From: an uncultured bacterium
GTDB taxonomy: Bacteria > Planctomycetota > UBA1135 > GCA-002686595
DNA length: 64,000 nt
Direction of reading: 5' to 3'
NCBI GenBank assembly: GCA_943787795.1
Contig: CALSNU010000004.1
Location: 512,001-576,000 of the forward strand
Made by a program: the position numbers and the translations under genes. The number at the start of each line of letters is the position of its first letter. The stretch's first letter is position 1. Under the pieces are notes generated by a model that searched no databases, was not told the DNA's origin, and saw nothing but the letters and a program-made list of their open reading frames with translations. Shown here piece after piece: positions 28,219-38,123 of the stretch.

Positions 28219-29645
28219 TAGAGCGCGAAGGCCGCCGCGAGCATCACGGCTCCCCCGCTCCCCAGGACCACCAGTGGTACCATCACGCCCCCTAGTTCCG
28301 GGGTGCTGAGGACGCCCTTGCCGTACCAGAGGATGCCGTGGAAGGCGTCCATGGCCCACGCCACCGGGGTCACGAGGCCCGCCGTCTGGAACCACTCCGG
28401 GAGGATCTCCCTGGGGAACCACGCGCCGCCCACCGCGCTCATGACCAGGATCACGAGGGTCGAGAGCCCCTCCATCTGCTTGCGGGTCCTGCAAGCCGTG
28501 GCGAAGAGGAGCCCCAGCGCGCTGGCCGCGAAGGCCCAGGTGAGGCTCGCCGCGGCCAAAGCCGGCAGGTGCTCCAGCACAGGGACCTTGAACGCGAGCG
28601 CGCCGAAGGCGAAGAGGAGCACGAGCTGCACGATGGCGAGGAGCATGGTGACAAGCAACTTGCCGAGCAGCACCGCCCGGCCCGCCTGGGGCGTGAGCCG
28701 CAGGCGGTCGAGCGTCCCCTCCGCCCGCTCCTCGAGGAGCGTGCCGGCGAAGGCCACCAGGTTGAACAGCAGCATCATCACGGCCATGGCGGAGAACGCA
28801 TGGGACGCGCCGGCGCTGCGCGGGAGGCCGTCCGCGCGGGGCGGTGAGAGGTCCTCGATCTGGAGCCCCATGAGCCCCGGGAGGGCCTCCATGATGCCCA
28901 CGTCCCCGGTCGCATCCGGCTCGGTCGCATCCGGCTCGGTCGCGGAGGTGACGGGCGGCGCGTCGTCGTCGCGCTCCGTCGCGGCCTCGGCCCCGGCCTC
29001 GGCTTCAGGTCCAGCCTCAGCGGTGGCCTCAGCGGTGGCCTCAGCTGTGGCCTCAGCGGCGGCCGCCTCGACCCCTTCCATGATGTCCTCGACCCGCAGA
29101 TAGGAGCCCATCAGCTCCTCCGTGATCGCGCCTCGGCTCGCCTCGGGCAGGTCCATCAGCTCCGTGACCCGTCCCATCATCCGCGAACCGAGCCCCTTCG
29201 CGGTCTGCTGGAAGAGCACCGGTGAGAGCTGGAACACCATCACCTGGCTCGCGATCTGCTTGGCAGGGTCCCTGTAGAGGACGAGGTCCGGCGGCGCGCC
29301 ACCGCTCGAGAGCGCCTCACCGTAGCCCGCCGGGATCACGAGCCCGCCGGCGCGATCTCCGTCCGCCACCAGCCGGCGGACGTCAGCCGTCACCTCGACC
29401 CGCAGCTCTTTGATGCTGCGGACCGCCTCGACGAGCTCCTGGCTCCGGGGCGTCCGGTCGAGGTCCTCGACCGCGATGGCGATCTTCCGCGCCTTCGAGC
29501 CGCCGCCCATCATCCCACCCCCCATCGCGGTCCCCATGATCGCGCCGAGGCCGATCGGGAGGACGAGGAGGAAGAAGAGGGCGGTCCGGTCGCGGGCGAA
29601 GAGGCGCAGGTCCTTTCGCAGGAGCGTGAGTGCGGCCTGGATCAT
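28194..29645 (-). CDS. ABC-2 type exporter permease
   Basis: From ATG 29645: N-terminal TM helix, large extracytoplasmic loop, LEERAEGTLDRLRLTP, five C-terminal TM segments, GGAWFP...TPVAWA. Confidence 0.9.
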   Translation of the reverse strand: MIQAALTLLRKDLRLFARDRTALFFLLVLPIGLGAIMGTAMGGGMMGGGSKARKIAIAVEDLDRTPRSQELVEAVRSIKELRVEVTADVRRLVADGDRAGGLVIPAGYGEALSSGGAPPDLVLYRDPAKQIASQVMVFQLSPVLFQQTAKGLGSRMMGRVTELMDLPEASRGAITEELMGSYLRVEDIMEGVEAAAAEATAEATAEATAEAGPEAEAGAEAATERDDDAPPVTSATEPDATEPDATGDVGIMEALPGLMGLQIEDLSPPRADGLPRSAGASHAFSAMAVMMLLFNLVAFAGTLLEERAEGTLDRLRLTPQAGRAVLLGKLLVTMLLAIVQLVLLFAFGALAFKVPVLEHLPALAAASLTWAFAASALGLLFATACRTRKQMEGLSTLVILVMSAVGGAWFPREILPEWFQTAGLVTPVAWAMDAFHGILWYGKGVLSTPELGGVMVPLVVLGSGGAVMLAAAFALYQRRFESA

Positions 29646-30553
29646 GAGGGGACCTCCTGGCTCTCGTCGCGCAGGGCGCGGCCCGTCAGGGCGAGGAAGA
29701 TGGACTCGAGGTCGGGGGCAGCGCCGCGGACCTCGGCGCCCACACCATGCTCCCGCAGGATCGCCGCGGCCCTCTCGAGGTCGGCGCCCGGCTCGACCTG
29801 CAGCCCGCTGCCGAGGCCAGCGCGGACCTCCTCCAGGTCGCGGAGTCCCTCGAGCGATCCCTGGGCGAGGCACCGCCCCCGGTCCATGATCACGATACGG
29901 TCGCAGAGTCGCTCGACCTCCCCCATGGCGTGGGTCGTGTAGACGAGGGTCGCGCCTCCCCGGTGGATGGCCTCCACCTGCTCGAACAGGTGGTTGCGAG
30001 ACTGCGGATCCACACCCGCTGTGGGCTCATCGAGGAAGACCAGCTCGGGCTCGTGGAGCAGGGCCGCCACGAGGTTCAGTCGGCGCTTCATGCCGCCGGA
30101 GAACTCCGAGACCAGGGAGCGCCTCCGCTCGACGAGGCCCGCCGTCTCCAGCCCCCACTCCACGCGCTCTTGGAGCCGGGCTCCGCGGAGCCCTGAGAGC
30201 TCTCCGAAGAGGCTCAGGTTCTCCTCTGCGCGCAGGCCGTGGTAAAGCGCGATGTCCTGGGGGACAACGCCGATTCGAGTCCTGAGGGCCGGGCCGTCCT
30301 TGGCGGGATCCAGCCCCAGGACCCGGACGGTCCCGGCGTCCGCGGTCAGGAGCGTGGAGAGGATGCGGAGCGTGGTGGTCTTGCCAGCTCCATTGGGCCC
30401 GAGCAGGCCCAGCGACTCGCCCTGGTGGACCACGAGGTCCAACCCTTGGACCGCCGGGACGTCACCGAAGGTCTTCTGGAGCCCCCTGACCTCGATGACG
30501 TGGCTGCTGGCCTCGGCCTCGGCGTCTCGAACCTGTGCTGGAATCGGCTGCAT
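29642..30553 (-). CDS. ABC transporter ATP-binding protein
   Basis: GPNGAGKTT, FSGGMKRR, FLDEPTAGVD, YTTH. Confidence 0.96.
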   Translation of the reverse strand: MQPIPAQVRDAEAEASSHVIEVRGLQKTFGDVPAVQGLDLVVHQGESLGLLGPNGAGKTTTLRILSTLLTADAGTVRVLGLDPAKDGPALRTRIGVVPQDIALYHGLRAEENLSLFGELSGLRGARLQERVEWGLETAGLVERRRSLVSEFSGGMKRRLNLVAALLHEPELVFLDEPTAGVDPQSRNHLFEQVEAIHRGGATLVYTTHAMGEVERLCDRIVIMDRGRCLAQGSLEGLRDLEEVRAGLGSGLQVEPGADLERAAAILREHGVGAEVRGAAPDLESIFLALTGRALRDESQEVPS

Positions 30554-30722
30554 GCGCGGCAGGGTACGGCTCCTGCCGAGGGTCTATTCAGTGCGACCGC
30601 CAATCACTGGCGTCGTCCGGCCCGCCGGCCCTGCTTCTTGGGTAACGGACAGGACTCAGACACGACTCGGCCGTGTGGGCACCTGCGGGGGTAGACTCCG
30701 ACCCCGCGCCCCCCGCTCCCAC

Positions 30723-31403
30723 GTGTCCACACCCCTCGACCCGTTCCACCGCTTCGACGACCCCGACCTGGGGCTCCTCGCGCTCACGCACTCCTCGTCC
30801 GGCAAGGCCGACGCGCGGGGCCGCAAGGACAACGAGCGGCTGGAGTTCCTCGGCGATACGGTGCTCGATCTGATCATCGCCGAGAGCCTCTTTGGCGACC
30901 GGGAGGGGCACATGGAGGGAGCCCTGACCGAGATGAAGGCCCAGGTCGTCTCCCGCCAGGCGCTCGCCGGGGCAGCCCACCGCATGGGCCTGGCCGACCA
31001 CGCGCGGCTGGGGCGCGGTCTCGACCGGCGAGCCCTCTCACGCTCGATCCTCGCCAACCTGTACGAGGCCGTGGTCGGCGCGATCTACCTGGACGCTGGC
31101 ATCGAGGCGGCGCGGCACTTCGTCCTCGAGACGCTTGGCCCGGAGCTGAGCGCCACCCGCCAGCGCCGGGGCAAGCCCAAGCCCAAGCAGCGCTTTCAGG
31201 AAGTCTGCCAGCAACGCTTCGGTGAACCGCCCACCTACGAGCTCCTCCAGCGCCGGGGCGACGACAATGCTCGAGCTTTCCTCGTCGCCGCAGCCGCGGG
31301 CGGCGAAAGGTTCCCGGGCGCCTGGGGTCGGACGGTCAAGGAGGCCGAGCACTGGGCCGCCTTCGAGGCCCTGCTGGACCTGGACCTCGACGCCCACCCC
31401 TGA
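30723..31403 (+). CDS. rnc: Ribonuclease III
   Basis: ALTHSS, NERLEFLGDTVL, ANLYEAVVGAIYLD, C-terminal dsRBD (PKQRFQE...KEAEHWAA). Start GTG 30723. Confidence 0.94.
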   Translation: MSTPLDPFHRFDDPDLGLLALTHSSSGKADARGRKDNERLEFLGDTVLDLIIAESLFGDREGHMEGALTEMKAQVVSRQALAGAAHRMGLADHARLGRGLDRRALSRSILANLYEAVVGAIYLDAGIEAARHFVLETLGPELSATRQRRGKPKPKQRFQEVCQQRFGEPPTYELLQRRGDDNARAFLVAAAAGGERFPGAWGRTVKEAEHWAAFEALLDLDLDAHP

Positions 31404-31426
31404 TCCCAGGCCGACCACTTCTTCCC

Positions 31427-34400
31427 ATGACCGAGCCCGACGCGAGGATGAGCCTCCTCGACACCTCCGACAAGGAGGGGCACGCCAGCGAGGGCCTCTC
31501 AGGGGCCGGGACGGTGCTCGTTCAGCCGGGCGAGGTGCCATTCCCCGCCGCAGACCTCGCCAGGGACCCTGCGCGCGCTGAAACGCAAGGGCGCCGTATC
31601 TGTCGGGAACGTCTGGGGCGGCGCCCAGGGGCTCGTCACTGCCCAGATCGCCGCCGAGCTTGACCGTCCGCTCCTGGCCCTGACATCAACGGACGGCGAG
31701 GCCGAGTCCTTCACCCTTGACCTCGCGGCCTTCGGGATCCCCTCGACCCAGTTCCCTTCGCGCGACGCGGGGGCCAAGCGTGGAGGCGCGGACGCGGCCT
31801 CCATCCGCGCTCGCCTGCAGCTGGCGCAGTCCCTGGCGGGTCCCCTCGACCAGCGGCCGCGGGCCATCGCAGCCTCCGTACAAGCGCTCCTCCAGCCGAT
31901 CCCGAGGATGCGCGACCTGGAGGCGGAGTTCGTCCGCCTCAAGACCGGCGATGTCCTCGACGTCCGCGCCCTGCTTGAGCGGCTCGTCAAGGCCGGATAC
32001 ACCCGAGAGCCTCTGGTCGAGGAGGCGGGACAGGTCAGCCTGCGGGGAGACATCCTCGACCTCTTCCCGTTCGCGTCGGACGAGCCGATCCGGATCGAGA
32101 TGTTCGAGGAGGAGATCGAGTCCCTGCGCCGCTTCGAACCCGCGGAACAGCGCTCCGTCTCCACCCACGACGAGCTCGAGGTCTGCCTCGCTTCGGACGC
32201 GGGCGGAGTGGAAGACGGCGACGGGATCTCGCTCCTCGAGCTCCTTGACCCCAAGACCCTCTGCGTCCGCGTCGAGCCCCTTCGGCTCGACGAGCGCGGG
32301 AATGCCCTGAAGGTCCAATCTGCCCAGCACGAGCGCGCGCTGATGGGTCTCAACGCGGTCCTCTCCGACCGGCTCGTGCTCGATATCCAGAGCCTCCCCG
32401 GCGAGGACGTCTCCCTCGACACTCGCTCGGTCCAAGGGCTCAGCTCGGGGATCTCCGCCTCGGCTCCCGAGCTCGCTCGCCTCGCGTCCGAGGGCACCCG
32501 GGTCATCGTTGCGTGCCTCACGGAGGCCGAGCGGGACCGCGTCAGCGCCCAGTTCGAGAAGGCCGGCGCATCCGGCCTCGAGCTGGTGGTCGGCTTCGTG
32601 TCGCGCGGCTTCCGAGCCCCGCCCTGGGGACTGCTCATCATCTGCAGCCATGAGCTGAAGGGCACCCTGGGCGCACGCAAGCGCGTCAGCGCCCGCGCGC
32701 ACCAGCACAAGGTGAAGGCCCTGCAGAGCTTCTTCGAGCTCCGCCCCGGCGACCTCGTGGTCCACGCGGTCCACGGGCTCGCCAGGTACCAGGGGCTCAA
32801 GCGCATGAAGCGCGGCACGGGCGAGGAGGAGCACCTGCACCTCGTCTTTGGGGGCGACGTCGCCCTCTATGTGCCGGCCAGCCGGATCGACATGGTCCAG
32901 CGCTACATCGGCGCCGGAGGCTCCGGGCTCGCCCTGGACAAGATCGGCGGGCAGAGCTTCCGCAAGCGCAAGGAGAAGGTCGAGCAGGGGCTGTTTGACC
33001 TCGCCTCTGAGCTGATCGAGGTGCAGGCCAAGCGTCAGCTGCGCAAGCGCGCCCCCTGGGACGGAGACCCAGAGCTCGTGCAGCAGTTCCTGGACGAGTT
33101 CCCCTGGGACGACACGGAGGACCAGGTCGAGGTCACCACCGAGATGGCCCGCGACATCGCGTCCGAGCGCCCGATGGATCGGCTCCTGTGCGGTGACGTC
33201 GGCTTTGGCAAGACCGAGATGGCGGTGCGCGCCGCGTTCCGGGTCGTCAACGGCGGGGGTCAGGTCGCCGTGCTCGTCCCCACCACGATCCTCGCCGAGC
33301 AGCACCTCTCGACGTTTCGATCCCGGATGGCCGACTTCCCCCTCACGGTCCGTGGGCTGTCGCGCTACACCTCGGCGAGCGAGCGAAAGGAGACCCTCGA
33401 GGGGCTGCCCATGGGGCACGTGGACGTCGTCATCGGGACGCACCGGATTCTCTCGAAGGGACGTGAAGTTCAAGCGCCTCGGGATGGTGATCATCGACGA
33501 GGAACAGCGCTTTCGGCGTGACTCACAAGGAGCACTTCAAGAAGCTCCGCGCCAACGTCGACATGCTGACCCTCACGGCGACCCCGATCCCCGCGAACCC
33601 TGCACATGTCACTGTCAGGCGTCCGCGACATCTCCGCCCTCAATGCGCCGCCCCCGGGCCGCCAGGAGGTCGAGACCGTGCTCGGTTACCGCGAGGACGA
33701 TGCCGAGATCAAGGCAGCGTTCAGGCGTGAGCTCAAACCGCGGCGGGCAGATCTTCTTCCTCCACAACCGCGTGACCTCCATCGAGGCGGTGTGCGCCCA
33801 TCTGCGCCATATCGTCCCCCGACGCGCGCTACGCGATCGGGCACGGGCAGATGCCAGCCGCCGAGCTGCGGGAGGTCATGGCCGCCTTCCGCGACGGTGA
33901 GGTCGACGTGCTCGTGGCCACCACGATCATCGAGAACGGCGTGGACGTCCCGACGGCGAACACGATCTTCATCGACGACGCCGACCACTTCGGGCTCTCC
34001 GAGCTCCACCAGCTCCGAGGGGCCGGGTGGGGCGTGGATCCGTCAAGGCCCACTGCCACCTGCTGGTCGAGAAGCACAAGCCCCTCAAGCAGCACGCGCG
34101 CGAGCGGCTGAAGGCCCTCGAGGAGATGAACCACCTGGGAGCCGGGTTCGGGATCTCGGTCAAGGACCTCGAGCTCCGCGGAGCGGGCAACATCCTCGGC
34201 CCCCAGCAGTCAGGGCACATCGCCGCGGTGGGATACGACATGTACTGCCGGCTGCTGAAGCTGACGGTGGAGCGGCTCGCCGCGGGCGAGACCACCGATC
34301 GTGAGCGCCCGCGCTTCGAGGAGACCGAGGCCGGCTGCGAGCTCGAGGTGGTCTTCGGGCCTTCCTTCCTGAGACCTGGATCGAGAAGGCTGACGAGCGC

Positions 34401-34775
34401 CTCGACGCGCTCCGAGCCCTCTCCCAGAGCCCGGACGCCGAGATCCTCCAGCAGTCCTTCCAGGGGCTTCGGGATCGCTACGGTCGCCCGCCGGCGGAGG
34501 CCAAGGAGCTGCTGCGGCTCTTCGAGCTGAAGCTCCCCCTGGACCATGCCCGCGTCAAGCACGTGGCCTGGCACGGGGACCGCTACGTGATCCAGTACTC
34601 CGACGCTGTGGCATTCGAGCACCTCTTCGCCGGCCAGCGCCTGGGCGGACGCCAGCTCGATGTGCGGCGAATCAAGCCGGGGGTGGCCCATGTCGTGCTC
34701 CCCGGACACCTCGCCGACCACCCCGAGAAGGCCGTCCGTTGGCTCGAGAAGCTTGTTCAGTCGTCCACCGGTTGA
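31427..34775 (+). CDS. mfd: Transcription-repair coupling factor (about 8 apparent frameshifts)
   Basis: [78 protein letters not shown], spread over changing frames. Shifts near 31565, 33459, 33511, 33590, 33736, 33818, 34020 and 34350. Confidence 0.92.
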
Positions 34776-34806
34776 TCTCACCCCCCGCTGCCCACAAGAT
34801 CCGGGC

Positions 34807-36084
34807 ATGCGCCCGCTCCGAATCGCCCACCACGCCCTCGTGGCTGCTGCTCTCGCCTCTCTTGGAAGTGGCCTGCTCTCCGCGGCCCCCGCTCAGGAGC
34901 GAGCAGCGAGCCCCGGCGCTTCGAATTCCGGCGCAGGGGCACCCACCCCTGAGGCGCCCGCGGCTGGGATAGCCCCGGCAGAGACGGACATCCAAGGCGA
35001 GGAGCCCTGGTCGCCCCGGACTCCGTTGGAGCTGGAGCTGCGCCAGACCTACTCTGACTGGCACTTCGCCGTGGTCGGGGACGAGATTCTCACCCAGCAG
35101 GACATCCGGCGGGCGATGCAGGGGCTCGAGGACCCAGCGCTATCCCCCGCCTCCAACCTCAGCCCCGAGGAGCTCTTGGGGCGGCAGGTCATGGAGGGAG
35201 CCGTCGCGCTGACGACGGAGGAGTTGAAGGTCCAAGGTGGTCAGAACCAAGGCTTCGATCCCGAGCTGATCCAGCGCGCCCTGGCGAGTGAGTTCTCGAG
35301 GCAAGTCGCCTCCAGAGGGGGCCCCGTGGCATTCTCCGACGTCCTGTCGAGGAGCGGCGCTGATGCGGACAGCTTCCGCCAAGTACTGCGGAGGAGGCTG
35401 CTCGGTCAGCTCTGGACCGACGCGGTCACCGGCAGGTCCGCAGGTGCCACAGGCCGCGTCTACGTCGACAGCTACGTTCGCCCGGCTTCCCTCTACCGTC
35501 GCTACAGGGAGCTCTTGGCCCGGCCGAACGCCCGAGACGCTGAAGAGATCGGGCGCCTGCCGGCCATGGTCTCCATGCGGCGCCTCGTGATCAGCAGCCA
35601 GCAGGAGCGCAGCGAACAAAGAGCCCTGGAGCTGGCGGAGGCCTGCCGCTTGGCCCTCCTCAACAATACGGCCACCTTTGACGACCTGGTCAATCAGTAC
35701 GCCCCCGAGGGCCTGAAGGGGGACCTTAGCCGCCTCGACATCACCCAGCTGCAGGCCGCCAGAATGCTCGGGGACCTTCACCCCGGGCCTTCGAGCGCCG
35801 AATTCCTGGCCAGCGCGGCCCCGGGCGACCTCTCACCCGTGCTGGGCTACATGGGTGCCCAGGGGGAGGTCTACTTCGCTCTGTACCGGCTCGAGGGCCG
35901 GGCCGAGGCCACTGAGGCCACCCCGTTCGGTGACCTGGAGCTCCAGTCGACGCTTCGGCAGGCCCTGCTCGAAGAGAACCGGGACCTGAATGTCAGGAGA
36001 GGGGTGAGCGAGCTGGCTCGAACGACCCGCGTCTCCGATCGGCAGCTGAAGGACCTGCTCATCCGGACGGGCGGACCGCGCTGA
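34807..36084 (+). CDS. Exported SurA/PrsA-like chaperone (parvulin-like)
   Basis: Signal peptide; AVVGDEILTQQDI SurA-N-like motif; ATFDDLVNQY...PGDLSPV; located directly after mfd. Confidence 0.55.
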   Translation: MRPLRIAHHALVAAALASLGSGLLSAAPAQERAASPGASNSGAGAPTPEAPAAGIAPAETDIQGEEPWSPRTPLELELRQTYSDWHFAVVGDEILTQQDIRRAMQGLEDPALSPASNLSPEELLGRQVMEGAVALTTEELKVQGGQNQGFDPELIQRALASEFSRQVASRGGPVAFSDVLSRSGADADSFRQVLRRRLLGQLWTDAVTGRSAGATGRVYVDSYVRPASLYRRYRELLARPNARDAEEIGRLPAMVSMRRLVISSQQERSEQRALELAEACRLALLNNTATFDDLVNQYAPEGLKGDLSRLDITQLQAARMLGDLHPGPSSAEFLASAAPGDLSPVLGYMGAQGEVYFALYRLEGRAEATEATPFGDLELQSTLRQALLEENRDLNVRRGVSELARTTRVSDRQLKDLLIRTGGPR

Positions 36085-36379
36085 GGCGTCCCGGACCGCT
36101 CCGGGCCGTCTCCGATCGGCCGACCAGCAGGGTTCCATCCCCGACAGCGGTAGCCGAACCGAGAATCGCTGGATAACCTCTGAACCCCGCTCGGCGCACC
36201 GCGTTGAGTGGCTGTCAGGGCGGCCCGCGCCGCCCGGACGCCCTATAACCCTCCTCCACCGGTCAGCGGCCCCCCGACTGACCGCTCCCACCAAACGGGT
36301 GGCTCCACCAGGATGCCCCCCCAGGAAACCTCCCCGGGAAGCCCTCTGGCCGATCAGCCAGCCCGGCGACGTCAACGCC

Positions 36380-37942
36380 ATGAGCAACGACTACAAGGAC
36401 ATCCAGATTGAATCCTCCATGCCCAAGCCCTGGGAGGAAGAGGAGACGTTCAACGACCAGCTCTACGAATGGATGAAGAGCGGGCCCTGGCTCCTGCTCT
36501 CGGGCGGCCTTCACGGCGTGGCGTTCCTGATCGTTGCGAACATCCCGTGGAGCATCTTCGACTCGACCCCCGATCAGAACGTTCAGGCATCGATCGAGCA
36601 GGCGCCCGAGCCGGAGATCGAGGAGCCTGAGGAGCCCGAGGAGGAGATCGAGGAGGAGACGGAAGAGGAGCCGATCATCGAGGACTTCGAGGTCTCCGAC
36701 CACAACGAGACCGACACGAACGAGGAGTTCGAGCAGTCCGAAGGCGACCCGACGATGGACTCGGACTCGCCGTTCGACAAGAACAACAGCAACTCACTGC
36801 TCGGCATCGGCGGGGGCGCCGGTGGCAAGTACGGTGGACGCTTCGGCGGCAAGCGAAACCTGCGCGCCGGCGGCGGCAAGGGCACCGAGCAGGCCATCAA
36901 GGACGGCCTCGAGTGGCTGAAGAAGCACCAGGACAAGGACGGCAAGTGGGACTGCGCCGAGTTCATGAAGCACGACCCCCCCGGGGACAAGTGCGACGGC
37001 GGCGGAGACGAGATCCACGACATCGGAGCCACCGGCCTCGCGCTGCTGGCGTTCCTCGGGGATGGCCACACCATGACCCGCGGCACCTACAAGGACGTGG
37101 TGAAGCGCGGCATCAAGTGGCTCGTTCAGGAGCAAGACAGGGAGAGCGGCCTGTTCGGCGACGGGATCGGCAAGCACTTCCTCTACGACCACTCGATCGC
37201 GACGCTCGCCATGTGCGAGACCTTCTACCTGGACAAGTCGATCCTGCTGAAGACCAAGGCCCAGAAGGCCATGGCCTTCATCAGCCGCGCGCGGAACCCG
37301 TACGGGGTGTGGCGTTACGACGTCCCGCCCAACGGAGACAACGACACCTCGGTCACCGGCTGGATGGTCTTCGCCATGAAGTCCGCCGAGGAAGGCAAGC
37401 TGAAGATCGATCGCCAGGCTTACAACGACGCGATCAACTGGTTCGACGAGATGACCGACCCGGGCACGGGACGGGTGGGTTACACGGCGGACGCCGGGGC
37501 CGGCAGCCCGAGCTCTCGCGTGACGGGAATGAACGACCAGTACCCCGCCGAGAACGGCGAGGCGCTGACGGCCGTCGCCCTGCTCTGCCGCTTCTTCCTG
37601 GGTCAGAACCCGGATGACAACCCGGTCATGAAGGACCACGCCGAGCTGCTGCTCCGCGACCTCCCCGAGTGGGACGGCAAGGACGGCTTCACGAACGACA
37701 TGTACTACTGGTACTACGGCTCGTACGCCATGTTCCAGATGGGCGGCAAGTACTGGAAGGCGTGGAAGAAGGCGCTTGAGACCGCGGTCCTCCGATCCCA
37801 GCGCAAGGACGGCTCCTCCAAGGGCTCCTGGGACCCGAACGGCCCCTGGGGCTACGCCGGCGGCCGCGTGTACTCGACGGCCACCATGGTGCTCTGCCTC
37901 GAGGCCTACTACCGCTACGCGCGCGTCCTCGGCGCTCGCTGA
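36380..37942 (+). CDS. Membrane-anchored prenyltransferase/squalene-oxidase-repeat (alpha/alpha barrel) protein, copy 1
   Basis: N-terminal TM (PWLLLSGGLHGVAFLIV), Glu/Pro-rich linker, GLEWLKKHQDKDGKW, TGLALLAFLG, DTSVTGW, YYWYYG, GGRVYSTA..LCLEAYYRY. Confidence 0.85.
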   Translation: MSNDYKDIQIESSMPKPWEEEETFNDQLYEWMKSGPWLLLSGGLHGVAFLIVANIPWSIFDSTPDQNVQASIEQAPEPEIEEPEEPEEEIEEETEEEPIIEDFEVSDHNETDTNEEFEQSEGDPTMDSDSPFDKNNSNSLLGIGGGAGGKYGGRFGGKRNLRAGGGKGTEQAIKDGLEWLKKHQDKDGKWDCAEFMKHDPPGDKCDGGGDEIHDIGATGLALLAFLGDGHTMTRGTYKDVVKRGIKWLVQEQDRESGLFGDGIGKHFLYDHSIATLAMCETFYLDKSILLKTKAQKAMAFISRARNPYGVWRYDVPPNGDNDTSVTGWMVFAMKSAEEGKLKIDRQAYNDAINWFDEMTDPGTGRVGYTADAGAGSPSSRVTGMNDQYPAENGEALTAVALLCRFFLGQNPDDNPVMKDHAELLLRDLPEWDGKDGFTNDMYYWYYGSYAMFQMGGKYWKAWKKALETAVLRSQRKDGSSKGSWDPNGPWGYAGGRVYSTATMVLCLEAYYRYARVLGAR

Positions 37943-38123
37943 TCGCGAGCGGGACGCTCCCGCGAGCTTGAACGCCCGCGCGGTCTTCGGACCGCGCGGG
38001 CGTTCTGCTTTGGACTCCGAGGAGGCGCGCCCCCACCGCGCCTCCCTTCTCCGGTTCAGTCAAACACGACCTTCTTTTGGGCGTGAACCGGCCTCCTCGA
38101 GCCCCGTTCCCGGTGGCAACCAC

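Noticed and set aside
28900..29070. Short repeats inside the ABC permease gene (AEAT x3, ATEPD x2)
   Set aside because: In-frame low-complexity linker in an extracytoplasmic loop, not an independent element.
33450..34360. Programmed frameshifting or true pseudogenisation of mfd
   Set aside because: Too many shifts, nearly all in short homopolymers, with motifs intact. The same error type occurs in unrelated genes.
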